The notes beneath the pieces are model-generated. The model was not told the DNA's origin. It saw only the letters and a program-made list of their open reading frames with translations, and ran no database searches. A stretch of 62,056 nucleotides of DNA, filler included, from Stramenopiles sp. TOSAG23-6 (taxonomy: Eukaryota): the NCBI GenBank assembly GCA_900128565.1. It is 15 parts of 15 records of this genome, joined end to end, with 100 filler letters (N's around TTAATTAATTAA, not from the genome) between each part and the next. Parts side by side here need not be neighbours in the genome. Positions count along the whole stretch, not along the records: positions 58,033 to 62,056 come from LT637292.1; 14 more parts are not named here. One strand, written 5' to 3'. Position numbers and translations under genes: made by a program. How positions within the stretch are numbered: position 1 is the stretch's first letter; each line of letters opens with the position of its first letter. Shown here one piece after another: positions 59,801-62,056 of the stretch.

Positions 59801-62056
59801 GCGTCAAAAATTGGCATTCATTTTTTGATTTTATTTTTCATTTCGAGTCCGAGTCAGTTCGACTGTTAGGCCTACGTACTACGTAGGGATCTATGATCTC
59901 TCAGTACCTTGCTTGCTCTGAGTCCCATAGCTATTAAGGCTAATTTATAGTTTAAGTATAATACTACTGTGACGAATCAAAAACATGAGGAAACTTGTAC
60001 AAATTATAGTGTGGTTCACTTGCTTTCTGAGTAATAGCTTTGCTTTTGGTAAAGGAATATATTCTAGCAAAAGCGAAGTTCGGTGGTTTACTGACAACGG
60101 AGATACAAGAGACGGCGTTAACATTACCTTTCACTTGGAGAAACAAGATAAACCATACACAATTTACGATGCGATAACAGATTCCCTTGAAATAATTCTC
60201 GAGATTCCAGAACAATTTCGTAATTATCCCACTAAACTTTTGCGTTGTTGGAAACCAGCAGCTACAAATTTCTTTTTGAAACAAAATAGATTGATCAAAA
60301 ACCTCAAAGATGTAAAAAGGATATCTCTCAAATTGTCTGTATCTCTGCCAAAAGACGGAAGGATAGCGACTATCTTTCCACATGACTCCGATCAATTTAC
60401 TATTTCTCTATCTATGGACGAAATTCATTTTTTGTTGTGGTATCCTGGGTCTGAAAGGGTTAACAAACACTCTTGGTGTGCAACGAAAGTAAGAGGTACA
60501 TTTAAAGGGGGGAGAAGAAGTACTTATCAATATTTTCCGGTTGTAGAGCTACATAGTGTGTCCCCAATCATCGAAAGCCAAAATTATTTGCGTCAACATA
60601 AACGTGCAAAATATACTGAGGAAGAGGCATCAAAGGATGTAGTAAAATATACTGAGGAAGAGGCATCAAAGGATTTAGTGTTGAAACGTGTAAAATATAC
60701 TGAGGAAGAGGCATCAAAGGATTTAGTCTTTCTCTCTTCTGGAAAAGTTGAAGTTGACCCACCAGACAGTGTTTGGGTTTGATTAAAATATTCAATCTCA
60801 AATGAAAAAAGTTTCATTTATTATTTTACTTATAATACGAATAGATATAGAATGATCTTATTTATACACCAGTACTATGATAATATTGCTTTTATGAATA
60901 CTATTCACTTATAAAATAGTAATTTTTGACACCATTGGAAGAAGGCTATAACAAACGAATCTGCTTTTACAAATTTTTACGTCGGAACGTGATGCTTCCT
61001 ATCCATTGTTGTAGTTTGGCTTTTCGCCTTTGTTCGTTTCTCCCTCGCTCGTGTCTCCCTCTGTTTCTTCTTTATTTGATTCTTCCTTTTCAGATTTTGC
61101 TTCATTTTTTGATTCTTTTGATGCTTTCTTCGTTTTTTTCTTGGCAATCCCATTTCCCCCCGGACCCGGAGCACCTAGAGATTGTATTTCTCCCATTAAT
61201 TTCGTTGTCAATTCTATTTCTCTCTTAGTTTGAGTCTTTGCTTTTTTTACCAAGTCTTCATACCCTTTCAAAGTCTCTTTTTCCTCTGTGTCTAATGCTT
61301 TATTTTCTTTCTCTTCCGACTTTGTGTCCTTCTTTGGCGTTGGTACTATACTATTTGGTACCATACCAGTCCATCTATTCAGGTCTTTTGTTCTATGAAG
61401 GATAAATCGCTTTAAATCATAAACTCGGTGAATCAAGCTCTTGATCTGTTGTAGTTTTGAATCAAATTGGAAGTTTCCAAAATTATAATCATGGGTAATT
61501 ATTGGAAAATTGGCAAGTACATTATTTACTTCATTCCTAGCGGTAGTGATGTCTCTATGTATACGTGCAGTTTCCAATTGTTTTTGCCTTTGGTATAAAA
61601 TTGATTTTTGTTGCTCTAGCATAAATTCTTGATTCGTCAATGATGCAAGTTCTGCCTCTATCCCAGGTTGTTGTATCGCACCGGAAGAACCAAATGCATC
61701 ATTCATTTCATGTTGTTGTTGCATTGCACCCATAAAATCAACTGCATCATTCATCCCAGGTACATTTTGATGGAATTCTCCAATACCAGTACCTGCGCCT
61801 TTTTGAGAGGATACAATGTTGTTCATTGGTAAAATTTGAGTATCAGCCATATTTTGTTGCATCTGTGAAAGCATTTCATTTTCAGCCAAAATATTACTCG
61901 ATGTATCAGATGTTATTGGGCCACCCGGTAACCCAAGTTCTGCTCGACGACGCTTCATCCATGCATCATCCGTTTGTTCTAAATTGCTTATGTCTTGTGA
62001 AACTTGTACATCTTTATTCATACTCTCTGACTGTGGATATAATTCTGGTACTTGTA

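Larger units (their letters stand above)
49785..62056. repeat. Same 4024-bp contig present three times (49785-53808, 53909-57932, 58033-62056); data-set redundancy
   Basis: Identical ORFs at a 4124-nt period, each copy separated by the artificial linker. Confidence 0.95.

Noticed and set aside
49785-62056. Apparent 3x tandem amplification of the COG5 region
   Set aside because: The copies appear identical, have the same ends and are separated by artificial linkers, so this is a redundant contig.

Overview
AT-rich eukaryotic (protist, probably flagellated and stramenopile-like; this is inference) draft sequence built from 15 size-sorted contigs of about 4.0-4.1 kb joined by artificial N..TTAATTAATTAA..N linkers. 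The last contig appears three times identically, so adjacency across linkers carries no biological meaning. Genes include a Dispatched/Patched-like RND protein, INTS11-like nuclease, gamma-COP, SFI1-like protein, CDC45, TruA, HBS1-like GTPase, WDR19/IFT144, an ENT transporter, GPN1, COG5, Sel1-MYND and U-box proteins. The main signal is a family of roughly 45 full or partial copies of a ~90-200 nt repeat (GTA[T/C]GTTTT...TACGAAATTT[T/C]GTACCTAAC...AAATATTTTT[C]CA[A/C]AATAC), always in the sense orientation inside coding sequence. Removing each copy plus one copy of a 2-bp flanking duplication restores conserved protein motifs, which gives introns with GT donors and non-AG acceptors: mostly GT-AT, also GT-AA and GT-TT, rarely GT-AG. 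One intron unrelated to the repeat is also GT-AT, which suggests a splicing system that does not need AG. A second highlight is a DTD-motif microbial rhodopsin fused to an N-terminal receiver (REC) domain. All splicing calls come from frame and motif restoration, not from RNA data.
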